Shown here piece after piece: positions 1 through 8,843 of a stretch of DNA of 42,859 bases; position 1 is the stretch's first letter, and every line of letters begins with the position of its first letter. The stretch is taken from the IMG/VR virus record IMGVR_UViG_3300033407_000043, positions 1-42,859 of that record, one strand, 5' to 3'. Source of the stretch: a virus (taxonomy: Duplodnaviria; Caudoviricetes). The translations under genes were made by a program, and so were the position numbers. The notes under the pieces are model-generated. The model saw only the letters and a list, made by a program, of their open reading frames with translations, was not told the DNA's origin and did not search any database.

Positions 1-181
1 AAAACCCCCCCCCCCCAAATAAAAAAAAAAAAAAAAAAAAAAAAAATAGAGGGAAGAGCCCATCTAGGGGGATATATTGAAACAAATACATTCAAATATA
101 TTCTAAACCATTCCTAATCTGGATTACAAATATATAACACTCTATGTTGGGATTTACAGATATGAATGGAATGGGAAACAA

Positions 182-222
182 CAGACCTGTTCATTAAAAA
201 CCTTTTGATGTTAATTTTAACA
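182..222. repeat. Left copy of an imperfect 41-bp subterminal inverted repeat (partner at 42776-42816)
   Basis: CAGACCTGTTCATTAAAAACCTTTTGATGTTAATTTTAACA matches the reverse complement of 42776-42816 at 35/41 positions, ungapped. Confidence 0.85.
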
Positions 223-380
223 TTTCTAACGCGCTTTTTTCGAAAAAGTCAATAGCATTCCTGCGGAATGAATATGTTTCAAAATATGCAGGTAGGATTA
301 ATTAATTGCTATATATTTCCCCATATCTGTTTTCCAAAATTTATTCATATCTATAAACCCCATTCAGCCAAAAGCCGAAC

Positions 381-407
381 AAAAAAAGAGGGAGCCGAAG
401 CTCCCCC
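381..407 (-). terminator. Rho-independent terminator after ORF 413-841
   Basis: Minus strand reads GGGAGC-TTCG-GCTCCC followed by TCTTTTTTT (cUUCGg tetraloop plus U tract). Confidence 0.85.
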
Positions 408-412
408 AATTC

Positions 413-841
413 TTATCCTTTGACATATTTCTTCAAGAATTCTTCCAACTCTTCCGGGGAAAGCTTCCCAATTGCGGATTCTGCTTTCTTCACCGGATCG
501 GTTGTTTTCCGACCACCGGCCAGAATATCCGAAACCTTGAAAACCGCATGGTCCCATTTTCCCGCATTCAACTGGTCTGGATCTTTCCGCCATTCGGCCT
601 GTTTCATGATCCTCACCGATTTTTCCGCCAATTTCAAAATCTCATCTTGGCTGAGACCATAGAAATCAAACGACCAATTCAGATTGTACCTTTTCTGGCT
701 TTCCTTGTTTGGCTTGACGGTATGCGTTGTGTGAACCATACGATCGCTCACCGAAACCGATAATGAGGCTTGCTCATCTGATCCAAGGGGAACCAACATT
801 TTCGTTTCAACAACGGTTTCAACTTGCATGTTTTTAGCCAT
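413..841 (-). CDS. Hypothetical protein; probable paralog of 34506-34847
   Basis: 142 aa, purine-rich RBS, own promoter candidate and terminator; C-terminal KLSPEELEEFLK motif. Confidence 0.8.
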   Translation of the reverse strand: MAKNMQVETVVETKMLVPLGSDEQASLSVSVSDRMVHTTHTVKPNKESQKRYNLNWSFDFYGLSQDEILKLAEKSVRIMKQAEWRKDPDQLNAGKWDHAVFKVSDILAGGRKTTDPVKKAESAIGKLSPEELEEFLKKYVKG

Positions 842-950
842 TTTTCTTTTCCTTTTTCATGGTAATTGGCGTTGGCCATCGGCCAACCCAATATGATTAA
901 CAATGAGAAACAGCGGACCGGCGAAAACCCCGACCTCTTTCTTATGATGT

Positions 951-979
951 ATAATACCAAATCCGATATTAAAAAGCAA
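951..979 (-). promoter_or_regulatory. Candidate sigma70 promoter for ORF 413-841
   Basis: Minus strand TTGCTT-17 nt-TATTAT. Confidence 0.45.
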
Positions 980-1085
980 CATGTATTTCAAAATATTTTT
1001 TGTTCAAATGAACATGTGTTACCAGGTAGACATCGATTGAATGGTTCTAATCTGCATCAACTTCTTTTATGCCCATGCCTTTAAC

Positions 1086-1101
1086 TGGCCCACAAATTGC
1101 A
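1086..1101 (+). promoter_or_regulatory. Candidate sigma54 (-24/-12) promoter facing the late structural genes
   Basis: TGGCCCACAAATTGCA, with GG-N10-GC spacing and TTGCA as the -12 element. Confidence 0.5.
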
Positions 1102-1103
1102 CA

Positions 1104-1120
1104 TGCAATTCTCATGCCAA
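1104..1120 (-). promoter_or_regulatory. Candidate sigma54 (-24/-12) promoter facing left
   Basis: Minus strand TTGGCATGAGAATTGCA, close to consensus TGGCAC-N5-TTGCW. Confidence 0.55.
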
Positions 1121-1138
1121 GATCCGCATTCTCCCCAG

Positions 1139-1156
1139 CTATTTGAATTCAAATAG
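1139..1156. promoter_or_regulatory. Perfect 18-bp palindrome, operator-like
   Basis: CTATTTGAATTCAAATAG in the divergent intergenic region. Confidence 0.5.
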
Positions 1157-1244
1157 GCCGGCCCGCCCGCCCCCCCCCCTTTTCTTCTTTGGTTTCTCTT
1201 TCTAGACCATTTTCCATCTCAGAAAAATTTCAATTCCTCATAGA

Positions 1245-1259
1245 GGTGACGCAGTCACC
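1245..1259 (+). other. GNA-triloop hairpin
   Basis: GGTGAC-GCA-GTCACC. Confidence 0.55.
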
Positions 1260-1373
1260 GATATTCTTTTGGAAAACCTGTTAAAAAAATTGGCCTTTTT
1301 AGGTTAAAAAAGCTTTCAAAATTGAATTTAAAATCCGGTTTTTAAAGTAGGCAATATGCTTTATAATTTTAAA

Positions 1374-1514
1374 ATGGATGAATTTGAAGAACTTTTAAAA
1401 ATGCCCCGGACGGGTGGATTGAGAGAGCTCTGGAAAGATGAGCTTTCAGAAGAAGTTCGCCGGCGTTTTCAGATTTTTAAAAATGAGCTTTCGAAAGAAG
1501 AAAAAGAGGAATAG
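1374..1514 (+). CDS. Small acidic hypothetical protein (46 aa; not in ORF track)
   Basis: MDEFEELLKMPRTGGLRELWKDELSEEVRRRFQIFKNELSKEEKEE; stops 8 nt before the next gene; alternative ATG at 1356. Confidence 0.45.
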   Translation: MDEFEELLKMPRTGGLRELWKDELSEEVRRRFQIFKNELSKEEKEE

Positions 1515-1522
1515 CAAGAAAA

Positions 1523-2128
1523 ATGTCCTATGATCCTTTAAAGGAATTTCAGAGTAATAATTCAGCCCGGGACAGTTCTCGGCAGCTCTACCAGACAGAA
1601 CTTTACGAGATGGAAAAAATTCTCGGGAAAAGAACCGCAACTGGGGCATTGAAATTAAAGCGTCTAAAGCCTCTTCATAGGCACATAATTGCCTGCCATC
1701 AACGGGGTTATTCTAATCGAGACATTGCTCACCTGATGGATATTACAGAGATTACAGTTTCTAGAACTTTGAATGATCCCCTTGCTCAAGAACTTATGAA
1801 AGAGTTCTCTGAAGGCATTGATCACGAAATGGAAGGCCTGATGGCTCTTGGCGTAGATGCTATTCGAAATGCTCTTCAAGATAATGACAGGAAGATTTCT
1901 TTGAAAGCCTCAGACCAGCTTTTCCGGGCCATGGGTAAATATAACCATACTCAGGATGATCCAAATAAAGTTAAAGACACGGCAGAAGACGTCATTGCCC
2001 GAGTTCTTAATGTGATGGAAAACCAGTCAGAGAGTATAAAAGAACTTGTCCGGCCGAGCCGGCCCCGAGCTATTGATACTAATTTTGTAGAGGTAACGAA
2101 TAATGGCGACGATAGCCTTAGCGACTGA
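1523..2128 (+). CDS. HTH protein, putative terminase small subunit
   Basis: HTH-like GYSNRDIAHLMDITEITVSRTL followed by a helical region; first large gene of the late operon, upstream of TerL. Confidence 0.55.
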   Translation: MSYDPLKEFQSNNSARDSSRQLYQTELYEMEKILGKRTATGALKLKRLKPLHRHIIACHQRGYSNRDIAHLMDITEITVSRTLNDPLAQELMKEFSEGIDHEMEGLMALGVDAIRNALQDNDRKISLKASDQLFRAMGKYNHTQDDPNKVKDTAEDVIARVLNVMENQSESIKELVRPSRPRAIDTNFVEVTNNGDDSLSD

Positions 2129-2477
2129 AAGCTTGATGAGAAGTGGCCACATCTGGACCTGGGAAGCTCTCACAGCAACTAACACCGATGGAGCCCCGGC
2201 CGATGAAAAAGTTGGCTCAATTGCTTTTACAGAGAAAACTGTAACTGTGACTGGGAACTTTGGAACAAGTGGTGAATGCACAATCCAAGGTTCTAATGAT
2301 GGTACGAACTGGTTCACTCTGAACGATGTTTTTGAGAACCTGGCGGTTTTCACATCGGCCGGGATCATGCTCCTTGCAGAAAATCCGCGCTACATCCGGC
2401 CAGCTATAACCGCTGGGAGTGGGGCAATTGATCTTGATATTATTATTGCTGTTAAGGCAAATCTCCACTTCAGATAA
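2103..2477 (+). CDS. Beta-rich hypothetical protein, probably virion-associated
   Basis: IQGSNDGTNW and PRYIRP motifs typical of small jelly-roll phage proteins. Confidence 0.65.
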   Translation: MATIALATESLMRSGHIWTWEALTATNTDGAPADEKVGSIAFTEKTVTVTGNFGTSGECTIQGSNDGTNWFTLNDVFENLAVFTSAGIMLLAENPRYIRPAITAGSGAIDLDIIIAVKANLHFR

Positions 2478-2489
2478 AAGGATTAGAAA

Positions 2490-2966
2490 ATGTCTACCTC
2501 AGACGCCATTAATATTGCTAAGAAAATGAAACAAACCTTCAAGGCTTTTGAAGATGCAGAAATTCTCCTGCTGGAACTTAACTCCGCTGAAAGCAGAAAA
2601 ATCAGTCTTACGAAGGATAATGATAAGCTGGCTGAGAAAAAAGCTGAGCTGGAAATCTCTGTTCAAGATCTTCATGAAAAGATCCGGAAGCTTGCTGAAG
2701 ATTCTAAAAAAGCTGAAATTCATTTGACTGAGGTTAAGTTGAATATCCGGGAAAATGTTGACGAGGAAATTCAGCTTGGTAAAAAGAAGCTGGCGGAAGC
2801 TCTTGCTGAGGGAAAAAAGGAGCTGGAAAAATTCCTCCGGGAGAAAGCCAATATGCAAGAAATAGCCCTCGCCGAGCATGAGCATATTTTGAATGCTTGT
2901 GAGCTTGCTCAAGCTAAATATGATGAGATTCTGGAGAATATTAAAAAGCTTAAAGAGTCTCTTTAA
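2490..2966 (+). CDS. Coiled-coil hypothetical protein
   Basis: E/K/L heptad-rich, AGGA RBS. Confidence 0.75.
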   Translation: MSTSDAINIAKKMKQTFKAFEDAEILLLELNSAESRKISLTKDNDKLAEKKAELEISVQDLHEKIRKLAEDSKKAEIHLTEVKLNIRENVDEEIQLGKKKLAEALAEGKKELEKFLREKANMQEIALAEHEHILNACELAQAKYDEILENIKKLKESL

Positions 2967-2990
2967 GAGGTTTATTTCAAACCCCTTTTA
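2965..2990 (+). terminator. Possible intrinsic terminator
   Basis: AAGAGGTTT-ATTTC-AAACCCCTTTTA, weak stem with a short U tract. Confidence 0.35.
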
Positions 2991-3003
2991 TCCAAATTTT
3001 GGA
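2990..3003. repeat. Intergenic near-palindrome ATCCAAATTTTGGA, copy 1
   Basis: Exact copies at 12694 and 23101. Confidence 0.85.
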
Positions 3004-3021
3004 CCATAGAGGAAAGGCCTC

Positions 3022-3462
3022 ATGACTTTTAGAATGCCAAACGCAACTGCAATTGCACGATGCGATGCTCTTGTCGATCAACTAGATGCCGGTAGCTCCG
3101 AAACAGAAGGGTATGTTAATATTTACACAGGCACACAACCGGCTGCGGGCGATGCTGCGGCAAGTGGTACATTGCTTGTAACTATTCCGCTGCAAAATCC
3201 GGCTTTCGGGGCAGCTTCTGACCAAGACCCAGGTGCGCAAGCATCTATGAATGGAACTCCCAGTGGTGTTGCTTCAGTCGGGGGTGGACCTTTAACTGCT
3301 GGCTGGTATAGGGCATTTGACCGGGATGATAATCCAGTCTGCGATGGGAGTGTTTCAGAGTCTGGGGGTGGTGGCGAAATGATAATTGATAATGATTCAG
3401 TTGCCGACGCAGCAACCGTTACAATTACTGCTTGGACGCATACCGAACCTGAAAGCGCTTAA
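3022..3462 (+). CDS. Virion structural-type hypothetical protein
   Basis: IYTGTQPA...GTLLVTIPLQNPAFGAAS...AGWYRAFD pattern common in phage tail-associated proteins. Confidence 0.7.
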   Translation: MTFRMPNATAIARCDALVDQLDAGSSETEGYVNIYTGTQPAAGDAAASGTLLVTIPLQNPAFGAASDQDPGAQASMNGTPSGVASVGGGPLTAGWYRAFDRDDNPVCDGSVSESGGGGEMIIDNDSVADAATVTITAWTHTEPESA

Positions 3463-3475
3463 GGAGTAATCCAGA

Positions 3476-5602
3476 ATGGCGCTCGAATTTGATGGTGTAA
3501 ACGAGCGGGTTGATTTCCCAAATACTGAGTCTTTCATAGGGTCAGATCACACTATTGCGCTCCGTTTCCAACGTTCGTCTACAGACGTTCTTGAGTATTT
3601 ATTTCTTATTGAAAATGGGGCTACGAATTTAGCGCTCACCCTGTGGATTTCCGACGCTGGCGGCGGATCACCCAGGCTTACGTTTTCATGTTCTGGCAGT
3701 TCATTCCTTAGCTGTTCAACCTCAGCCTTAACGTTAAACGTCGATGAGTGGTATGATTTAATACTTAGCTGGGACGGAACAACGTCCGCTTCCGGCGTTA
3801 CTATGTATCTGAACGGCTCCCTGCAAACTTTTAATATTGCTGAAAATGGTGCGTCTTTAATAGCTCAAGACGGTAACTGGGTTATAGCAGGTAAGCCAAG
3901 TGCAAATGATCGTAATTTTACTGGTCGGCTCGCTGACTATGGTGTATGGCCGGTAATTTTAGACTCTGGCGAACGAGCCCTATTCAATGCTGGCTTACCT
4001 CCTGCTTACGTTCGAGCGGTTGAAGATGATATAATCTTTGACGTCCGTTTTGTCGAAGGCAGCACTCTTGACGCTGTAAGCTCTGTTGAAGGGACAGAAA
4101 TCGGAACTCCTGTAGAATTTCCTCAGCCTAACCATGTGATAGCTGGCACGCAATCATCTCCTATTCCGGTTCAAGCTTCGACAGCAACTAATGATTCAGA
4201 GGAAACCGACGATCGTAATGGAGCCATTACAACTACTTCTCCTATTCCTATCCAAGCAGGGACATTAACTAACGAAGCTGATCTAGGTCCTGGTATTACA
4301 GTCATAGGTTCTTTTGAAGGCGGAAGCATCGATCCAGCATCTTGCACAATCGGCGGAACCTCAATTAATCCCACTGTTACACTTGTTACCTATAGCGGCA
4401 TCGCGGGGATTGTTCGGCATTGCTACGCGCGGGTTGAAGGGCTGACGGGCAAGACGCTGGAAGCCACCTTTGATAGCGATCCGATGTCTTTCGATTTCAC
4501 CGCCGGGCAACCCTTCTGGTGGCGGCCTACGGGCGGCGGTTGGTATCACGGTGTTGGTGGCTGGCAGGAATTCGAAAGCACTGTAGTCACGGCCGGCGTG
4601 ATGGTAGCTACACAAACGACGCCGTTCACCGATGATAGCATCGATATTGCCGAGCAGCCCTTTATAAATCCGAGCGAGCTGGCCGCATTCTTTGCCGAGC
4701 GTATTGCAAATAGTTCTTATGTGACATCTCCAGTATCCGGAGAGCCTACAACTGGACGCTTTAATATATTAGTAGCAACAACTGGTTATAACAGCGCTGT
4801 AATTCCAGAACTTTATCAACACGTCATCAGGGTTGGTACAGGCCCGCGGGTAATTCTGGTCGAGATCCGCCAACACCCGAATGAGGGCATCGGCGAGCTT
4901 GCTGCTACAAAGATGATCAGCGATCTCACAGATGAGTCAGCTTCATCCATAGCTCACCTTGAGCGTTACAGTTATTATTTTTTCCAAGGCAACCCGCAGG
5001 GCTGCTACGGCGGCAGTCAGGATGCTGCGACTTTCGATGCTGCAAACCCTACACTTAATTGTAATAGAGACTGGGATGGGACTTCAGAGCTAGATTGTGT
5101 TGATGCTGTAAAAGATTTCATATCGTCAGAAATTGGCGAAGGTAATATAGTTTTCGGCATTGATTGTCATAATAGGTTATCCGGTACAACAGGCCAAGAA
5201 AGTGCTTGGTTCTTTGTTGATACTCGACCACTGGTGCAGAGCTTTTTTGATCGTTTTAATACTGCATATTCTGGAACTGATTTTGTAGAATTTGCAGGGT
5301 CTGGTGATACATCTATTTGGGCAAATCATTTCTATGATGTTTTTGATATCCCGTGTCTTACTATGGAACAGGCATACGGGACCGATCCAACTTATGAAGC
5401 TTATGAAGAGTGTGGTTCTGCTACTATTATTGCGCTAAAAGCAATGGATGATGCAGAAGAATTTGGGGAATGGCGAGAGGTTATTATTACACAAATTGCT
5501 CCTATATCTATACAATCTATAAACACTGAAAATGACAGCCCTATAGTTATTAGCGATAAATTCTGGACAGTAATCCCGAAAAGACTCGGTAGGCGTAAAT
5601 AG
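3476..5602 (+). CDS. LamG-like jelly-roll domain fused to an M14 zinc carboxypeptidase (CCP/Nna1-like)
   Basis: N-terminal ALEFDG...SWDG...MYLNG...FTGRLADYGVW (LamG); SFEGGS (CCP N-domain); RQHPNE, NPQG, NCNRDW, IDCH and LTME (M14 zinc and catalytic motifs). Confidence 0.8.
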   Translation: MALEFDGVNERVDFPNTESFIGSDHTIALRFQRSSTDVLEYLFLIENGATNLALTLWISDAGGGSPRLTFSCSGSSFLSCSTSALTLNVDEWYDLILSWDGTTSASGVTMYLNGSLQTFNIAENGASLIAQDGNWVIAGKPSANDRNFTGRLADYGVWPVILDSGERALFNAGLPPAYVRAVEDDIIFDVRFVEGSTLDAVSSVEGTEIGTPVEFPQPNHVIAGTQSSPIPVQASTATNDSEETDDRNGAITTTSPIPIQAGTLTNEADLGPGITVIGSFEGGSIDPASCTIGGTSINPTVTLVTYSGIAGIVRHCYARVEGLTGKTLEATFDSDPMSFDFTAGQPFWWRPTGGGWYHGVGGWQEFESTVVTAGVMVATQTTPFTDDSIDIAEQPFINPSELAAFFAERIANSSYVTSPVSGEPTTGRFNILVATTGYNSAVIPELYQHVIRVGTGPRVILVEIRQHPNEGIGELAATKMISDLTDESASSIAHLERYSYYFFQGNPQGCYGGSQDAATFDAANPTLNCNRDWDGTSELDCVDAVKDFISSEIGEGNIVFGIDCHNRLSGTTGQESAWFFVDTRPLVQSFFDRFNTAYSGTDFVEFAGSGDTSIWANHFYDVFDIPCLTMEQAYGTDPTYEAYEECGSATIIALKAMDDAEEFGEWREVIITQIAPISIQSINTENDSPIVISDKFWTVIPKRLGRRK

Positions 5603-5612
5603 GAAATTTTTC

Positions 5613-5771
5613 ATGGAAGATATGATTTTTAAAATGATAGATGCGGGCGGCAGTCTAGCTTTGTTCGGGCTTGTAGCTGGGCTTTGGAAACTTGACCGGA
5701 GATTGGTTATTCTGGAAACTACATTAAAACACATGCTGATAAGTTTCAAGCTCGGGGAGCATAAAGAATGA
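5613..5771 (+). CDS. Small single-TM protein (52 aa; holin or antiholin-like; not in ORF track)
   Basis: MEDMIFKMIDAGGSLALFGLVAGLWKLDRRLVILE...; AGGA RBS; ATGA overlap with TerL. Confidence 0.6.
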   Translation: MEDMIFKMIDAGGSLALFGLVAGLWKLDRRLVILETTLKHMLISFKLGEHKE

Positions 5772-7396
5772 CTCCTGAGGGTGCCATAATTGAGAGTATG
5801 TTTCGAGTTGTAGATAAAGAAGGCAATGACCGGGACTTTATTCTTAATCCTACGCAGAGAAAATTAGATGAGCTTTTGACTGGCCGGGACCTTATTCCGA
5901 AAGCTAGACAAGAAGGTGTATCTACGTATTTCCTTGCAAGATATACCGCTGCCTGTCTTATGAAACGGAATGTTAAAGCAGTTGTTATCTCCCATGAAGG
6001 CAAAGCCACTCAGAGACTTCTTTCTAGGTGCCAGTATTTTTTGAAGAATATTCGGGGCGGTGCAGCTATTGTCGGCCGAGACAGTATGAATGCTATCACA
6101 TTTCCGAAGATGGATAGCACTATTTACATCGGAACTGCCGGATCAAAAACCTTTGGTCGTGGTGATACTGTAACGCATTGCCACTGTTCAGAATATGCCT
6201 ATTGGCAGAATCCTAAAGGCTTGCTGGGAGGTCTTCTTCAAGCTGTTCCAATGAGCGGTGAGGTGGCAATTGAGAGCACCGGGAATGGTGTGGGCAATGA
6301 CTATCATCGCCGAGTAATGCGGGCTCATGAAGGCCTGAGTGAGTGGGCTTGCCATTTCTTTAACTGGGTAGATTTTCCTGAATATTCTGTGCTTTTGTCT
6401 CCTGAAGATGAAGCTAAAGTTCTAAGTCGGCTTAACCCTTATTGGGACGAGCCCAGGCTTGTAGCTCAAGGAATGACGGCCGGGCAAATTATCTGGCGCA
6501 GGATTAAGCTTGAGGAGCTGGACTATGACCTTCAGCTATTTTCCCAAGAGTACCCGCTCACTCTTGATGAATGCTTTCAGGCTTCGGGATCTAGTCTTTT
6601 TGCTAAAGTTCGTTTTATGGATACTAAGGAATGGGCTGATACTGGGAATAATTTACATATTCTTAATGGCCATCCTTGTATTGGCAGCCAATATACTATC
6701 GGTGTTGATCCTTCTGGTGGCGTTGGTAAGGATAATGCAGTTATTCAGATCTTCCATGCTGAGAGCGGTGAGCAAGTTGCGGAATATGCTCACAATAGGA
6801 TTGAGCCGGATACTTTAGGAGTTAAAGCTGCTGAGCTGGGCCGGTTATTCAATGAAGCTTATATAACAGTTGAGTCTAATAACCATGGCCCCGTTACTCT
6901 TGATGCTTTGCGGGATGAAGATTACCCGCAGCATTTAATATATTCTATGGAAAGCGCCGGATCAGCATATGAAGATAAGACCTTAATGCAACTAGGTTTT
7001 AGAACTTCTGTCCGGACTAAGCCTATCATGCTGGGTAAGCTTAGAACTCTTCTAGCAAAATCCTGGACTATTCATAGCACCGATCTTAAGTCTGAGCTTA
7101 GCACTTTCATAGAACATGAAGATGGAAAACTAGCTGCTCAGGATGGTTGCAAAGATGACAGAGTAATGGCGGCAGCCTGTGCTGCTATGGGTGCGGAAAG
7201 GGCTATGTTATACTCTGGGGATGGCCGGGAAACTGAAATTCTGGCTACCAAAGATCCGGCTAGATATCCATTCACGCTTGAGGGTATTATCGGAGGTTTG
7301 AGTGATAACACTCGTAAAGGCGGGCTTAAGCCACAACATGCTTCCAGCTCAGGCAATAGTACCTACTTGTTATCAAAATTTGGAACAAAGGGCTAA
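5768..7396 (+). CDS. terL: Terminase large subunit
   Basis: Walker A PKARQEGVST, Walker B HCSEYAYW, ESTGNG coupling motif, RNase H-like GVDPSGG and DDRVMA. Confidence 0.95.
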   Translation: MTPEGAIIESMFRVVDKEGNDRDFILNPTQRKLDELLTGRDLIPKARQEGVSTYFLARYTAACLMKRNVKAVVISHEGKATQRLLSRCQYFLKNIRGGAAIVGRDSMNAITFPKMDSTIYIGTAGSKTFGRGDTVTHCHCSEYAYWQNPKGLLGGLLQAVPMSGEVAIESTGNGVGNDYHRRVMRAHEGLSEWACHFFNWVDFPEYSVLLSPEDEAKVLSRLNPYWDEPRLVAQGMTAGQIIWRRIKLEELDYDLQLFSQEYPLTLDECFQASGSSLFAKVRFMDTKEWADTGNNLHILNGHPCIGSQYTIGVDPSGGVGKDNAVIQIFHAESGEQVAEYAHNRIEPDTLGVKAAELGRLFNEAYITVESNNHGPVTLDALRDEDYPQHLIYSMESAGSAYEDKTLMQLGFRTSVRTKPIMLGKLRTLLAKSWTIHSTDLKSELSTFIEHEDGKLAAQDGCKDDRVMAAACAAMGAERAMLYSGDGRETEILATKDPARYPFTLEGIIGGLSDNTRKGGLKPQHASSSGNSTYLLSKFGTKG

Positions 7397-7398
7397 AA

Positions 7399-8652
7399 AT
7401 GAAAATTCTAGTAATTTCTAAAAGCGGGGATGGTTTCGGTATTGCTCAGAAGCTTCAGGAAGAAGGCCATACGATCAGGTTTTATGTGAAAGAAAGTGGC
7501 TTTGATTACGTTCTGAATGGAATTCTTCCCCAGGTTCATAATTGGGAACCTAGTGCTCGAGACTGGGCGGACTTTGTGATTTCAGATATGGTTGGCTTCG
7601 GTAAGCTGGCTACAAAACTTGCTGCTATGAATGTTGTATATCTGGGCTTTAACCAAATTGGAGATTTGATGGAGCTTGATCGGGGAAAGCAAATGCAGCT
7701 TTTTACCCGCTTCAACATAGGAATTCCAGAAACTGAAGAATTTGCCAATCCAGCTCAGGGAAATTCTATAACTGATAACTGGGAAGATCCCGGATATGTT
7801 ATCAAGCCAAGTGGAAATCTTGATACAGGTAAAACTTATGTGATCCGGGATAAGGATACCTTCACCTGGGCGCTTGAACAATACTCCGGGGATCAGGATC
7901 TTGTAGTTCAAAAAATTGTGAATGGGGTTGAGATTTCAACTGAAGGCTGGTTCGACGGGATTGAATGGGCAGAACCTTTTAATCATACTATTGAACTTAA
8001 GCGTTTCATGAACGATGATGTGGGGCCGAATACTGGTTGCATGGGAAATGTGGTTTGGAGAGCTAAGAATGATAAGCTAGTCCAGAACCTTAAAAAGCTC
8101 ACTCCCTTTTTGCGCCATGCTGAGTTCCGAGGCCCAATAGACATTAATACCATTGTGAACAGTTCCGGGATTTATGCTTTGGAACTGACTACTAGATTTG
8201 GCTATGATGCAGTTGAAGGGCTTTATGAAAGTCTTAGTAAGAAGTGCTTTGGGGATATTTTACTGGATCTCGCTACTAAGACCAACCAGAATGATCCTAT
8301 TCAAATCCCTATGCGGGATGGTTTTACCGCAGTTGTAAGACTTACTGTTCCGCCTTATCCATTCGATAAAGCTAAGCCTAGTGATCGTGGCCTGCCGGTT
8401 ATCGGAATTCCGCATAATCTTGAAAGCATTTACCCGGCTGATATTTATAAGAATAATGGTCAGTTTTTCTGGTCCGGGAGTGACGGAGTTCTTTGCAAAG
8501 TAGCAGCTTTTAATGAAGATCTTGACCGAGCGATTGAAGAAGCCTACGCAAGAGTAAATAAAATCTCCGCGCAAGGTCTGCAATACCGAACTGATGTAGG
8601 TTGTACTGTAAGAAAAAGTATCAACTTGCTGAAAACTTGGGGTTATATGTAA
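7399..8652 (+). CDS. PurD (GAR synthetase)-like ATP-grasp ligase
   Basis: YVIKPSG, VVQKIVNGVEISTEG, GPNTGCMG, LELTTRFG and QYRTDVG; lacks the PurD N-terminal GSGGREH motif. Confidence 0.85.
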   Translation: MKILVISKSGDGFGIAQKLQEEGHTIRFYVKESGFDYVLNGILPQVHNWEPSARDWADFVISDMVGFGKLATKLAAMNVVYLGFNQIGDLMELDRGKQMQLFTRFNIGIPETEEFANPAQGNSITDNWEDPGYVIKPSGNLDTGKTYVIRDKDTFTWALEQYSGDQDLVVQKIVNGVEISTEGWFDGIEWAEPFNHTIELKRFMNDDVGPNTGCMGNVVWRAKNDKLVQNLKKLTPFLRHAEFRGPIDINTIVNSSGIYALELTTRFGYDAVEGLYESLSKKCFGDILLDLATKTNQNDPIQIPMRDGFTAVVRLTVPPYPFDKAKPSDRGLPVIGIPHNLESIYPADIYKNNGQFFWSGSDGVLCKVAAFNEDLDRAIEEAYARVNKISAQGLQYRTDVGCTVRKSINLLKTWGYM

Positions 8653-8843
8653 TGGCTGAGCAACGGGCTATTAAGCGCAAGAAAATAAAGCTGCAACAAG
8701 CTGACAGGCGATTTTCAAAAACTTTAGATGAAGTTGAAAAAGACAATCTAAAATATCGTCTACAGTTTTTGGAAGATATGCTAGGTCTTGGAGATGATAA
8801 AGATCGGACACGTCCGGCCCCAAAAAAGGAAAAGAGGATCTAA
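8652..8843 (+). CDS. Small basic hypothetical protein
   Basis: MAEQRAIKRKK...; TAATG coupling on both sides. Confidence 0.65.
   Translation: MAEQRAIKRKKIKLQQADRRFSKTLDEVEKDNLKYRLQFLEDMLGLGDDKDRTRPAPKKEKRI

Noticed and set aside
1-46. Poly-C and poly-A runs at the left end
   Set aside because: Low-complexity contig edge, likely a sequencing or assembly artefact; not interpretable without reads
7399-8652. Annotating the gene as purD (purine biosynthesis AMG)
   Set aside because: The PurD N-terminal substrate motif is missing, and the gene context is head assembly
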